From the IMG/VR virus record IMGVR_UViG_3300020472_000016, positions 1-64,000 of that record: a DNA stretch of 64,000 bases, one strand, 5' to 3'. This stretch comes from a virus. A program made the translations under genes and the position numbers. The notes under the pieces were generated by a model, which saw only the letters and a list, made by a program, of their open reading frames with translations, was not told the origin of the DNA and did not search any database. Each line of letters begins with the position of its first letter. Position 1 is the stretch's first letter. Positions 25,633-36,300 of the stretch are shown here, in pieces.

Positions 25633-28600
25633 TGGCTTCTTATATCATTGAGACAGGTCGTGGATATCCAAATGCCGTTAGTCAGCAGACGTATACGAAT
25701 ACGTATGATCGTCCTAGTAATGGCAACTATCGTAGTCACGATTACCACTCAGGTCCTGGAACAAATTATAATATAACATTTAATGACTTTGGTCCTGGTA
25801 CCATGGTCATGGGAAAGGATATTGTCTATTATATTGGTGATGAAGAGGAAACTTGTGTAGGAGCAAACTGTGATGGGTATAGGAGGGGCATATACAGGTG
25901 GTACAGAGGCAAATATACAGACCATAAGTATACAGATACAAAGTACTTTGATTATGATTATGACTTCCCAGGTGAATCTAACAGTGGAAGAGAGAAAGTA
26001 GGTAGAGGATATAATAGAGAACCTCGTGATGGACGTGCTGTCTTTTGGTTATCTAAAACAGATATAGCAGGAAAGACTACACCATTGGTGTCTTACTACA
26101 ATAACGACATCAATGATACGTTGTTGAGTACTTCACCTACTACCGTTACTCCAACCTTTGATGCATCTGGTAACTTAGTTGTTGGTGGTACAGGGACTGG
26201 AACTATAGAATTTAGATTCAGTTGGAATGATAATCCTAATACTGCTGGAGTTGCACTTGGAACTTATGCGATTGCTTCTCTTGGAATATCCTTCACACAG
26301 ACATCAGGTGTACAAACTGGATCATTACCAAGTCAGCAAGCTACTGTAACAGCAGGTCAGACATATAACTGCACCATTACTAATGGTAATGCTGCTGGAT
26401 TCGATGTAATAAATGGTAATCAGACTCTATGCTTTAAGGATGGTCATGGTAACGATTGTAATGCAACGCTATCCATTGGTTATCCAGGGGATTATGAACG
26501 AGTAAGCACCATAGGACACATATGGACATCATTGGCAAATGCACAAGAATATGCAGTAGCTGGAGAGACACCCGTCCCTTTATATGAATACCTGTGGAAT
26601 ACAAATACTACACGTCGAGATCATCTCTACACGATATCTCCACAAGAGGAAGTGAACCTGCAGACGGGAATTGCTGGAGTCCCAGACTGTAAAGATCCAC
26701 GAGATCAGAATTATACTTACATTGGGATAATAGGGTATGTCTTTTCATTAGACAGATCTACAGCAGCAAAGAAACTCATGAGAGATATTGCTGCTATTGG
26801 TCCCACAGGAGAATGTAATGTCAATAGGTCGGACTGGTATCAGTGGAATAATGAATGGACACTATTAAAGTATCTTCGTGAACAGAATGGAGTACCTGCG
26901 ATACAAGGTTGGGGTAACCCTGCTAATGTAGCAGGTGTTAATACTACGGATGCATTGTTCGAATGGTTCTATGGTAGGAATGGTGCAGTCAAGGCAGCAC
27001 TTCCTAGATACCTATCTTTTGAGACTTCATATGACTCACAGTTCGTTTACTATCTGTATGATACGTCATACCCATGGAACGGACCAATTTTTGGTATCAA
27101 TTTTTCGTTAAGTGATGCAGCATGTTGTCCTAACTCAACTGATGCTGAAGGATGTCCGTCTTGTGTACCTGTACCTATAGAGTATAGTAGGTTCTATGAG
27201 ATCCGAGAGGACTCATGGGAGACTATGAAAACCAAATTAGTACTGTCTGATATGGCATCAGAGAATATTAATGAGTCTTATAACGTTTTTGATACAGAAT
27301 CCCGTAGGATTCTCTTCAGATATACTACTACATCAGGTTCCTTTTACATCGGTGAAAAGATCAACGGGTGGGATATTACTCAATTGCGCTATTTTGGTGA
27401 TGAACTCAAGGTAGGATACATGGAATTGAGTGGTGAAGGCAATGCTTTTAGTTATAATCAGGCATTTACCTCTACAGATAATGGTGCTATCGTAGTTCTT
27501 GCGGGCTTTGGTATACCAGATAAGGCGGGCTTTGCTGGTGTATACGAATTTCCGAAGAAAATTCAGTACTATCAGGTAGAAATTGACCCAGAACAACTAA
27601 TTGCTACCCGTACTTTGGACAAAGCAGAGATAGTTGCGAACATAAACAACAAAGGACAGGTCGCATCTATCGATATTATCAATGGTGGCTTCGGATATAT
27701 CAAGCCTAAGATCGATATTGAGCAGCCTGCAGTGCTAACTGAACTAGGTGCTAACGATTTATCACGTAAAACACTACATGGTATGGGTGGTTGGAGTGGT
27801 CAAACACTAGAAGCACCTGAAGATCCCGTGTATAACCCACGTGGTGACAAGAATAACTTCATGATGAAGGACATTAAGGAGAAGCAATCCGCTATAGCAA
27901 ACGAAAAGAACGAAGAAACGTATCAAGAAAGAGAAAGATTGATGCCTTATTCGGAGAATAGTGATGTTCAGCTCTCAGGTACTGACCAAACAATAAGTGT
28001 AGAGAAGAAAAAACTACGTCGTCAGACTGGTGAGGGTAAAGGAAAGACAGAATTTAGGAAAGCAAAGTTACAAATCACCAAACTAGACGACAATGGAACC
28101 ATAGAAGAGATACTAATTACCGACAGAGGGTCAGGATATGACTTCGATCCCGACAATAAACCTCAAATTTATATCGTTGACGTGGAAACAGAGACCTATA
28201 AGATCAGAGGTCCTAACACACAACCGCAAGTAGAAGATTATAAGACAGCAATTAGGCACCCAAAAGGTCTTAAGCAGGAACTTAAGAAGAGTACTACTGC
28301 TAATGATGAGGAAATGGACGTTATGGACATCGGTGTTATCGGTGGACTTAACACTTTAATGAACGGATTCACTGCTCAATACCCTGTTGGGTACTTAAGA
28401 ATGAACGATATAGACAGAGAAGAGGAAACTGCTCTGTGTAATAACCTCCCTGCAGGGTGTATTAACATAGAATTTCCCAAAGTTATTGAGGATGCACTGT
28501 TTACAGTCGAAGATGTGCAAGGAATGATTGAGGGAAGTGATGAATTTGCTGAGTTTATGGACAATCAATACCCTACATTGCTAGCTGCATCTAGAGATGG

Positions 28601-29759
28601 GGACGGAACAGCAGATCAAGTTGGTGGTTTGTATGGATTTAATGGTGGACAAAAGTGTGTTAAGATAGGACAACCTAAATTTTACTCTGCAACTAGGTTC
28701 TACGACATACCTTGTCCGTATATTAAGACCAATGATGATGGTGATAACCGAGCATTTGGGTATATGGTACACAAGTACTGTGCTTCTAAGTCGGATAATG
28801 CCAGTTTTAGAGTATCAATGGTCACTGAGGGACATACAACTGGTGCTCAGGGGCAAGAATTTATGAATTTCCTTAGGAATTTGCCCGAACCTAAACTTAC
28901 AGAGACCAGAAAGACCCCTCCAGGCGGTTCTAGTGACCAAAAATGTTGGCCATGCAAACGTGGTAGCATAGAAGGACGTTGTTATAGGGACTCAAACAAC
29001 CAAGCGGACATAATTTTCGTTCCTGTGGGTAGTGATGAGAACACTTATGACTGGAATAGGCAAGGATTTTCGGAATATGAACAGTTTAAAGTTTGGTTAG
29101 GAGATAATCTTACAAATCATTCACCAGGAACTTCATATACATGGATTGCTCATGAGGAAGATCCTGAAACTGGGCAAGAACTTGATGTACGACAATGGAG
29201 TTATACAGATATAACTGTAGCAATGCCTGCTGCAGGTACAATGACCCCTCCTAACGAGTGTTGGGACACTTATCTCAGAACCACTCAGAACACCATAGGA
29301 CCGTTAGATGCATTCTGTGGGTACAATCCATCCGAACCTCCTCCAGGCACCGATAAGACCGCCACAGGAGGGTACTGGGACGTTGGATACATTGCCACTC
29401 CTCCTTGTGCAGGACATTTAGCACTCGATTTTGTATCTGACGCAGCAATTGCTGTAAATCCTAGACTTTGTAGTGAATTTGAGGTTATTCTAGGACCTGT
29501 TAATGGTACTATGGACGTTAAAAATTATAATACTGGTGCAACTATAGTATTTGGTGATACAGTACGTAATGTAGGTAACCCTTACTTCACTGAATGTGAT
29601 CTAGTCTTCGGTCAAATGACTTCTATTGTCAATCCTCCTAAATTACTTAAAGGGAAAGAGCGAATTGCGAAGGTATCATGGGATCCTTCTGATCCAGATC
29701 GACCCGAATACGATCCTAACTTTAAAATACCTGAAACTAACTTGGAGCATGCTGAATAA
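25632..29759 (+). CDS. Large virion structural protein (baseplate region)
   Basis: 1375 aa; 'I.I..GxGY..P' repeats shared with the gp7-like giant, PLY/DHLYT-type segments, many Cys; directly upstream of the PAAR-like gene. Confidence 0.6.
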   Translation: MASYIIETGRGYPNAVSQQTYTNTYDRPSNGNYRSHDYHSGPGTNYNITFNDFGPGTMVMGKDIVYYIGDEEETCVGANCDGYRRGIYRWYRGKYTDHKYTDTKYFDYDYDFPGESNSGREKVGRGYNREPRDGRAVFWLSKTDIAGKTTPLVSYYNNDINDTLLSTSPTTVTPTFDASGNLVVGGTGTGTIEFRFSWNDNPNTAGVALGTYAIASLGISFTQTSGVQTGSLPSQQATVTAGQTYNCTITNGNAAGFDVINGNQTLCFKDGHGNDCNATLSIGYPGDYERVSTIGHIWTSLANAQEYAVAGETPVPLYEYLWNTNTTRRDHLYTISPQEEVNLQTGIAGVPDCKDPRDQNYTYIGIIGYVFSLDRSTAAKKLMRDIAAIGPTGECNVNRSDWYQWNNEWTLLKYLREQNGVPAIQGWGNPANVAGVNTTDALFEWFYGRNGAVKAALPRYLSFETSYDSQFVYYLYDTSYPWNGPIFGINFSLSDAACCPNSTDAEGCPSCVPVPIEYSRFYEIREDSWETMKTKLVLSDMASENINESYNVFDTESRRILFRYTTTSGSFYIGEKINGWDITQLRYFGDELKVGYMELSGEGNAFSYNQAFTSTDNGAIVVLAGFGIPDKAGFAGVYEFPKKIQYYQVEIDPEQLIATRTLDKAEIVANINNKGQVASIDIINGGFGYIKPKIDIEQPAVLTELGANDLSRKTLHGMGGWSGQTLEAPEDPVYNPRGDKNNFMMKDIKEKQSAIANEKNEETYQERERLMPYSENSDVQLSGTDQTISVEKKKLRRQTGEGKGKTEFRKAKLQITKLDDNGTIEEILITDRGSGYDFDPDNKPQIYIVDVETETYKIRGPNTQPQVEDYKTAIRHPKGLKQELKKSTTANDEEMDVMDIGVIGGLNTLMNGFTAQYPVGYLRMNDIDREEETALCNNLPAGCINIEFPKVIEDALFTVEDVQGMIEGSDEFAEFMDNQYPTLLAASRDGDGTADQVGGLYGFNGGQKCVKIGQPKFYSATRFYDIPCPYIKTNDDGDNRAFGYMVHKYCASKSDNASFRVSMVTEGHTTGAQGQEFMNFLRNLPEPKLTETRKTPPGGSSDQKCWPCKRGSIEGRCYRDSNNQADIIFVPVGSDENTYDWNRQGFSEYEQFKVWLGDNLTNHSPGTSYTWIAHEEDPETGQELDVRQWSYTDITVAMPAAGTMTPPNECWDTYLRTTQNTIGPLDAFCGYNPSEPPPGTDKTATGGYWDVGYIATPPCAGHLALDFVSDAAIAVNPRLCSEFEVILGPVNGTMDVKNYNTGATIVFGDTVRNVGNPYFTECDLVFGQMTSIVNPPKLLKGKERIAKVSWDPSDPDRPEYDPNFKIPETNLEHAE

Positions 29760-30289
29760 TGGCTTATGGAATGTTACTACCAGTCGCACCTTACACGGGC
29801 TTGCCGTGTTCAGGGCATGGTATATGCATCCCATCTACTGTACATAGTGTACAGGCATGTGGAACTCCACCAATTCCTTACACGATTAGGATAAAGGAGT
29901 TCACTTGCTGGTGGCCACCTTTCCCAATGATACTCACTGGGACATTAAGTCCACTCAAAGCAACGGTACTAACAAACTTTCTACCGACTTTGACCTTTGG
30001 TGATATGTTTATTAACCATCCATCACCGTGTACTAACATAGTCATATACATGTGTCCTTGTGGAAAGGCAATGTGCCCTATCCCAACACCCATTCCCTGC
30101 TCAGTATTGACGATTGAGGATATGGGTATAGGTCATATGAGGTTCTTATGGGCCACTACCTTCGCTACATACTGTACCAAGCTACCAATAGGTAGAATTT
30201 TGGATCCATTGGGAATCGGATTCCCAGGATTTAGTTATCCTTGTTCATCCGTAGTTGCGTATGGAAGTCCAAATGTGTTATCATCTTAA
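29759..30289 (+). CDS. PAAR-like spike-tip protein (gp5.4-like), Cys/Pro-expanded
   Basis: CSGHG, 'GD....H', 'GRI.D', C-terminal VAYGSPNV; position before gp25. Confidence 0.65.
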   Translation: MAYGMLLPVAPYTGLPCSGHGICIPSTVHSVQACGTPPIPYTIRIKEFTCWWPPFPMILTGTLSPLKATVLTNFLPTLTFGDMFINHPSPCTNIVIYMCPCGKAMCPIPTPIPCSVLTIEDMGIGHMRFLWATTFATYCTKLPIGRILDPLGIGFPGFSYPCSSVVAYGSPNVLSS

Positions 30290-30304
30290 AAGTTAGAGAT
30301 TATT

Positions 30305-30454
30305 ATGGCAAAAGCAACAGCAGGTGCATGGGGAACTGGTAGTTATGTACCATCCACACCGAAAATGACTAGACAAGGTACTAGTAAGAACACAAAGTAT
30401 GCTGCTACTTCTAGAAATGGTGCTAGAAAGAAGTACAGAGGGCAGGGTAGATAA
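30305..30454 (+). CDS. Small basic peptide (49 aa) ending RKKYRGQGR
   Basis: Hand-translated MAKATAGAWG...ARKKYRGQGR; stop overlaps the SET ATG (TAATG). Confidence 0.7.
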   Translation: MAKATAGAWGTGSYVPSTPKMTRQGTSKNTKYAATSRNGARKKYRGQGR

Positions 30455-30747
30455 TGTACAAGGCACTGCCTAATTGTTTACATGTGAAAGATAGCTCTGT
30501 CGCAGGACAGGGCTTATTTGCTACACAAGATATACCAGATGATGTGTATCTTGGCATATCACATGTTGTAGTAGATGAAGAGATTATGAGGACACCTTTG
30601 GGTGGTTTTGTGAATCACAGTGAAGAACCCAATTGTATCAAGGTTTATGAGGAAGAAGATTGGGGAAAGATATACCATATGAGAACTATTAGAGCAATTA
30701 AGAAGGGTGAAGAACTGTTCTTAAAGTATACTTTCTACAAAGTGTGA
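30454..30747 (+). CDS. Minimal SET-domain protein lysine methyltransferase
   Basis: S.V.GQGLFA..DI, GFVNHSEEPNC, R.IKKGEELFLKY: all SET signature motifs. Confidence 0.9.
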   Translation: MYKALPNCLHVKDSSVAGQGLFATQDIPDDVYLGISHVVVDEEIMRTPLGGFVNHSEEPNCIKVYEEEDWGKIYHMRTIRAIKKGEELFLKYTFYKV

Positions 30748-30753
30748 TAAATA
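30746..30753 (+). promoter_or_regulatory. Late promoter GATAAATA
   Basis: NATAAATA motif upstream of gp25. Confidence 0.6.
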
Positions 30754-30782
30754 AAAGATAAAGTGAGTAATAACCACGAATA

Positions 30783-31205
30783 ATGCCTGCCTATAGGTTT
30801 AGATCAGAGAAATTTTTCTCAAGAGCGTTTAAGGATTTCGCTATTTCATTTAAAGCGAACCCAAACACTAAGGATTTTAGTTCTGTCAGTAATGACAATG
30901 CCATAAAACAGTCCGTTCGAAACCTAGTGCTTACAAATTTCGGTGAGAGACCTTTCCAAAATGAAATTGGATCTAGGGTTACTCAAATGTTATTCGAACC
31001 GTTTGATGTGTTCCTACAAGAGGATCTTCGGGATGAAATTAGAAATACTATAGAAAGACTGGAACCTCGTGTCGAGACTGTTTCAGTAGTAGTGAGTTCT
31101 CCAGAGAGCTCATCAATTACTAATGACGTTGACGTTTCTGTTGAGTATAAAATAGTAGGTCAATCACAAGTCCAGAATATCGAGTTCCTATTAGAAAGAA
31201 CCTAA
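30783..31205 (+). CDS. g25: Baseplate wedge subunit gp25
   Basis: AIKQSVRNLVLT..GERPF...GS...LFEP, I...EPRV motif. Confidence 0.92.
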   Translation: MPAYRFRSEKFFSRAFKDFAISFKANPNTKDFSSVSNDNAIKQSVRNLVLTNFGERPFQNEIGSRVTQMLFEPFDVFLQEDLRDEIRNTIERLEPRVETVSVVVSSPESSSITNDVDVSVEYKIVGQSQVQNIEFLLERT

Positions 31206-31206
31206 A

Positions 31207-33297
31207 ATGCCTGCGATTCCATCAGAATTAACCTCGCTAGATTTCTTTGAGATCAAGGAATCGATCAAATCTTACTTGCGTACACGTACTGAGTTTACAG
31301 ATTATGATTTTGAGGGATCTTCTGCGTCATATCTGATCGATACTTTAGCATATAATACTTACTACACCGCATTTAACGCTAACATGGCGATGAATGAGGC
31401 GTTTTTAGAATCTGCAACCGTAAGAGATAACATTGTTCGGATTGCAAAGCAATTAAATTATACACCTAGGTCAATAAAAGCGGCAAGAGGGTGTATACAA
31501 ATGGTAATACAGTGTGCAACACTGCCTGGAGGACAAACTTACCCTGATACTGTAACGATTAAGAAGGGTGATGTCTTCATTTCTAGAAATAATACGGACA
31601 CATTTCCATTTTGCTTGTTAAAAGATACTCAAGCATCGGTTGATCAGAATACTGGTCTTGCAACTTTCTCTAAAATGATTGTTTATCAGGGAAACTTGCT
31701 TTCATATCACTATACTGTTGATGATACTCAGAAACAGAACTTCGTTATACCCGCAGAAAACGTAGATACTGAGATTTTGACCGTTTCTGTTAAACCAACA
31801 GAGCAATCAGTAGAAGTTGACGAGTATTCTTTATCTACAAACGTTGTAGAATTGACATCCACCTCTAGAAACTACTTTTTAGAGGAAACTGAAGACCTTA
31901 GATACAAGGTAGTTTTTGGAGATGGTGTTTTAGGACGTAAATTAATCGATAATGAGTTCATCATACTCAAGTATGTTGTAACATCTGGTGAAGCTGCTAA
32001 CGGATGCACTAAATTCTCCTTTATTGGGCAAGCAATTGACTCTGCAGACCGTCCCATATCCCCTGCCAGCATGTCTCTAGGGACTATAGACAGTTCGGAA
32101 GATGGCACTGACAGAGAAAGTGCATTATCTGTTAAATTCCGTGCTCCTAGGTCATTCTCAACGCAGAACAGAGCAGTCACAGAAGACGATTATGCTTATA
32201 TCGTCTCTGACTTATATCCTCAAGCAGCTGCTGTAACTGCTTATGGTGGTGAGAAACTAAATCCCCCTATTTACGGTAAAGTTTACATAGCAGTTCGTTC
32301 TAAGTCAGGTGTAAACCTAAACACTACGACTAAGACTCGTATTAAGAACCAACTACTAAAGTATTCGATGGCATCAATTGAGCCAGTCATCGTTGACCCA
32401 CGTATCTTCTATATTGTACCTAAAGTTTATCCGTTCTTTAATGGTAACGAGACTTCTAGGTCAGCAAATGAGTTGGCAACGGAAATCTTAAAATCAATTG
32501 ACAAATTTAACACACAAAATAGAGACGCTAGATTTGGTGATCGTGTAGAAGCATCTAAGTTTAATTCCATGGTTGATGCTTCTGATGATGCCATTAGTGG
32601 TAGTACCACACAGTTTACTATGGGTCAAAACCTTGATCAATTCACTTTCGGTAATATCTTTACCCAATGTCTTGATTTTGGTAATCCTATTACTAACCCA
32701 AGTGATACTGGTGGTAACACCGCAGGAGATTCTACTTGCCCACCTAAGTTCTCTGCCATGAAGTCTGGTAAGTTTTATGCTACTGGATATACAGAGAATC
32801 TTGCTGATCTAGTGGCTTCTGGTGAGACTGCATATGAAACTGCAACACCAGCAGACGAAGTAATCTACGCATCTGGTACAAGGACAACTGAGGTTCTAGT
32901 TCCTGTAAATATCAGAGACGATGGTAAAGGCAACTTATTGTTAGTTGCTACTCGTAATGAGAAAGAGGTTGTGCTGAACGCAAGCATTGGTACTATTGAC
33001 TACGGTCAGGGTATTGTTTGTGTAGGACCTCTGAATGTAGCAGATACTGGTGATGGTACGACAAGAATTCCTGTAGTGGTTCATCCTGCTACTGATTCTA
33101 TCATTATTCCTCCTGGAGTTGATCCTACGGTCTTTAACCCAGAAGTTTATCCTATTGACTTTGTTACTAACCCAACTACTGTCAGTAACTTTGACCCTAA
33201 TAACTTTAGCGGTTGGAGCTATGGTGGAACCCCAATAAATATTATCGAATATCCAGTGGATGCATTTACGTATCCCGAAATCACGACGTGTTTCTAG
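31207..33297 (+). CDS. g6: Baseplate wedge subunit gp6
   Basis: LDF..IK...FTDYDFEGS...LAYNTYY..FNANM..NE.FL.SA..R; FGDG..G; QNRAVT..DY. Confidence 0.93.
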   Translation: MPAIPSELTSLDFFEIKESIKSYLRTRTEFTDYDFEGSSASYLIDTLAYNTYYTAFNANMAMNEAFLESATVRDNIVRIAKQLNYTPRSIKAARGCIQMVIQCATLPGGQTYPDTVTIKKGDVFISRNNTDTFPFCLLKDTQASVDQNTGLATFSKMIVYQGNLLSYHYTVDDTQKQNFVIPAENVDTEILTVSVKPTEQSVEVDEYSLSTNVVELTSTSRNYFLEETEDLRYKVVFGDGVLGRKLIDNEFIILKYVVTSGEAANGCTKFSFIGQAIDSADRPISPASMSLGTIDSSEDGTDRESALSVKFRAPRSFSTQNRAVTEDDYAYIVSDLYPQAAAVTAYGGEKLNPPIYGKVYIAVRSKSGVNLNTTTKTRIKNQLLKYSMASIEPVIVDPRIFYIVPKVYPFFNGNETSRSANELATEILKSIDKFNTQNRDARFGDRVEASKFNSMVDASDDAISGSTTQFTMGQNLDQFTFGNIFTQCLDFGNPITNPSDTGGNTAGDSTCPPKFSAMKSGKFYATGYTENLADLVASGETAYETATPADEVIYASGTRTTEVLVPVNIRDDGKGNLLLVATRNEKEVVLNASIGTIDYGQGIVCVGPLNVADTGDGTTRIPVVVHPATDSIIIPPGVDPTVFNPEVYPIDFVTNPTTVSNFDPNNFSGWSYGGTPINIIEYPVDAFTYPEITTCF
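33234..33241 (+). promoter_or_regulatory. Late promoter AATAAATA (inside end of g6)
   Basis: About 60 nt upstream of the giant ORF. Confidence 0.5.
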
Positions 33298-33301
33298 ATA
33301 G

Positions 33302-36300
33302 ATGTTTGCAAAAACAGTAAATATTTCCGATAGGGTCGAGAATCAACTTCCCGCCTTTATCAGAGAAGAGGATGAACAATTTGTCAATTTCTTATTTGAG
33401 TACTACAAGTCTCAAGAGAAGACAGGTCGTCCATACAATATTCTAAATAATCTTCTTAATTATTTGGACTTAGATGACTATGACCAGAAGGTCTTAGCAT
33501 CAACTACAGTTCTAATTAAAGACGTTGACCCAACAAATACATTAATCGAAGTAGAGTCCATCGATGGATTCATGGATCGTGATGGATCTGTGATGATCGA
33601 TAATGAAGTAATATATTACGAGAACACAGTTCGTGGTCCTGATGCTATCCTCACTCCAGGACTATCATTAGAAGAATTTAATAAGAAAAGACAAGAACTA
33701 GAAAATCCAATTCAGGAATTTGATGGGGTTAGAACTACATTCCCTCTTAATTTCCTAGGTACCCCTGTATCACCTGTTTCTGCTGAACACCTTGCAGTTA
33801 CAGTTTTTAATGTTAGTCAGGTTCCTGGTGTTGATTACTCCATTAGTGGTAGTCAGATTACATTTACTAATCCACCTAGAGCAAGGATCGGTACTGACTC
33901 AGTTGGATCATGTCAGATTGTATATTATATCGGTTTTGCAGATGCTGTCGTTAAGGAATTAACTTATCCTAACGTATTTGATATTGCTGGTGATGATTCT
34001 ATGGCATTGAGCTATGAGAGTCTTTCATATTCACCAATTTCTGAAATTGGTTTGATTGTTAACCGTAATGGTACTCTTCAGCAACCATATATCGACTATG
34101 TGTTGACTGACAACAATAGTAAAATTAAGTTTTTTGTTAATATCACTAATCAGGATAATTTCCATATTCGTTCTATCGAATATGTGTCTGCTTCCTTTGG
34201 TACTGGTGCACATGCAGTTACCAGTGTTGGTGTAAATGGTCAAATTGAGGCAATTAATGTTAAGGAGGGTGGTAAAGGTTATAAACTGAACTTTGCTCCT
34301 AAGGTTGCTATCACATCTAGTACCGAAAAAGGTACTGGCGCAGCAGCGAGGACGTTAGTTGCTGGAATTAAAGATATAAGATTAATTAATGGAGGTCAAG
34401 GTTATACTTCATACAATCCACCGAAGGTTAAGATCACACAACCATCCGATATGGTCAATGGATCTGGTGCTACTGCTTCTATTCAGGTAGATGATACAAC
34501 TGGAACAGTTTCATCTATTAAGATTACTAACTCAGGTTCTGGATATGACTTTATACCTGCCATTACCTTTGTAAATCCAAGTGGTGCTATTATTACAGAT
34601 CCTACCATCGATGGTGAGGGTCGTTTAGACGGTGCATCCATCACAATCACTGATGGTGGTATAGGTTATAGCAATCCACCTGTAATTTACATTGATCCTG
34701 CACCTACAGGTGGTATTGATGCTGTTGCTGATTGTACAGTATCTCCAGATGGTGAAATTGTAGCTGTTAATATCTCAAATAGAGGTCGTGGATACTTAAC
34801 ACCACCTAGAGCAAGAGTTGTGCAACCAATTGGTGCTCAAGTTTTAGACGTTACGGTTGCGAATGGTAGTGTTACTAATATCAACCTCCTAACTGGTGGT
34901 AAAGGATATACAGATGCACCTTCTGTCTACATTGTAGATGATCGTAAGGGTTCATTAGGTGAAGCAATCGGTGGTACTGGTGCTCAAGCAGCAGCAACTA
35001 TCTTTAATGGTGAAATTACTGATATTAACATTATAAATTTTGGATCTGGTTATTCAGATAGTGAACCACCTAAGATTTACGTTGCAGAACCATTAGCAGC
35101 ACAGGCATCTTGTGATGTTGGATTTGGTGAAGTCACTGGATTTACTATTTTATCATCTGGTAAGGAATACGAACCTTCTTCTCTTAACGGATGTTCTAGA
35201 GGAGTATCTGATGTTGTCACTTTTGACAAATACAACAACCAGATCTTTGCAAAAGAGTCACAACTTGCTCAGAGTGACCATGTTTCTGGTTCTTCAGTTA
35301 AAAACCTTGATTCCCAGATTATTAGTAAGGTATTTGACAAGTTCCGTCGTCAATACATGCCTACAATCAATATTGACTACACTCAAGTCAATCCGATTCA
35401 GGTTATTAAGACAATTAAGGATTTCTACCTTGCTAAAGGTACGAAAACTGCTGCACAGTACTTATTTAAGATTCTATTTGGTGAAGAAGTCGATATCTTC
35501 TATCCTAGAGATGAATTAATCAAACCATCTGATGCTTCTTGGGTTGTTGACACAATTTTACGTGCTCAACTGATTTCTGGTAACCCTGCTAACTTGACAA
35601 ATGCTCAATTGGTTCAGGAAGCAGATGTTGTTGACCAAAATGTTAAAGATGCATCGGTTTTGATCGAAAATGTCATTTCCATCATCGAAGGAACTGATAT
35701 CATCTACGAATTAGCAATATCTGAAGAAACTCTGACAGGTGTCTTTAAGATTCCTTATAAAACAGGTCTTGTAGAACCATTAACAACTACAGAGAACATA
35801 ATTACCGTTGACTCGACTATTGGATGGCCCGAAAAGAACGGAACCATCATTATTAACGATCAAGAGATTGTTCAGTACAAAGAAAAGTCATTAAACCAGT
35901 TTATTGAGTGTACTAGGTCTAAAAATGCCATTGTAGAGGATTGGGATCCTGGCACAATCATTTATTCGGACATTTTCGTCTATGCAAACAAAGGAACTGA
36001 TGAAGAAGTCAAATTACGTGTTCTAGGTATCGCAGAAGCGGGTACAACCGTCTTAGAAGACAGTGGTTCCTACTATTTGCCTGGAGATAAGTTAAATGTT
36101 GCTGCTTTAGGTTCTACTGCTGATGATGAGCGTCTACAATCATGGTTATACAACGTTAAGAAGTTAATTAGCGTTACTAGCATCACTCCTGGTGGTCTTA
36201 ACAACCAAACTGCAACTGTTATTACAGGCAATGCCCATGGTTTGCTTGTAGAAGACAAAGTTACCATTTATGGTGCAAACCCTGCTGTCTATAACGGTAC

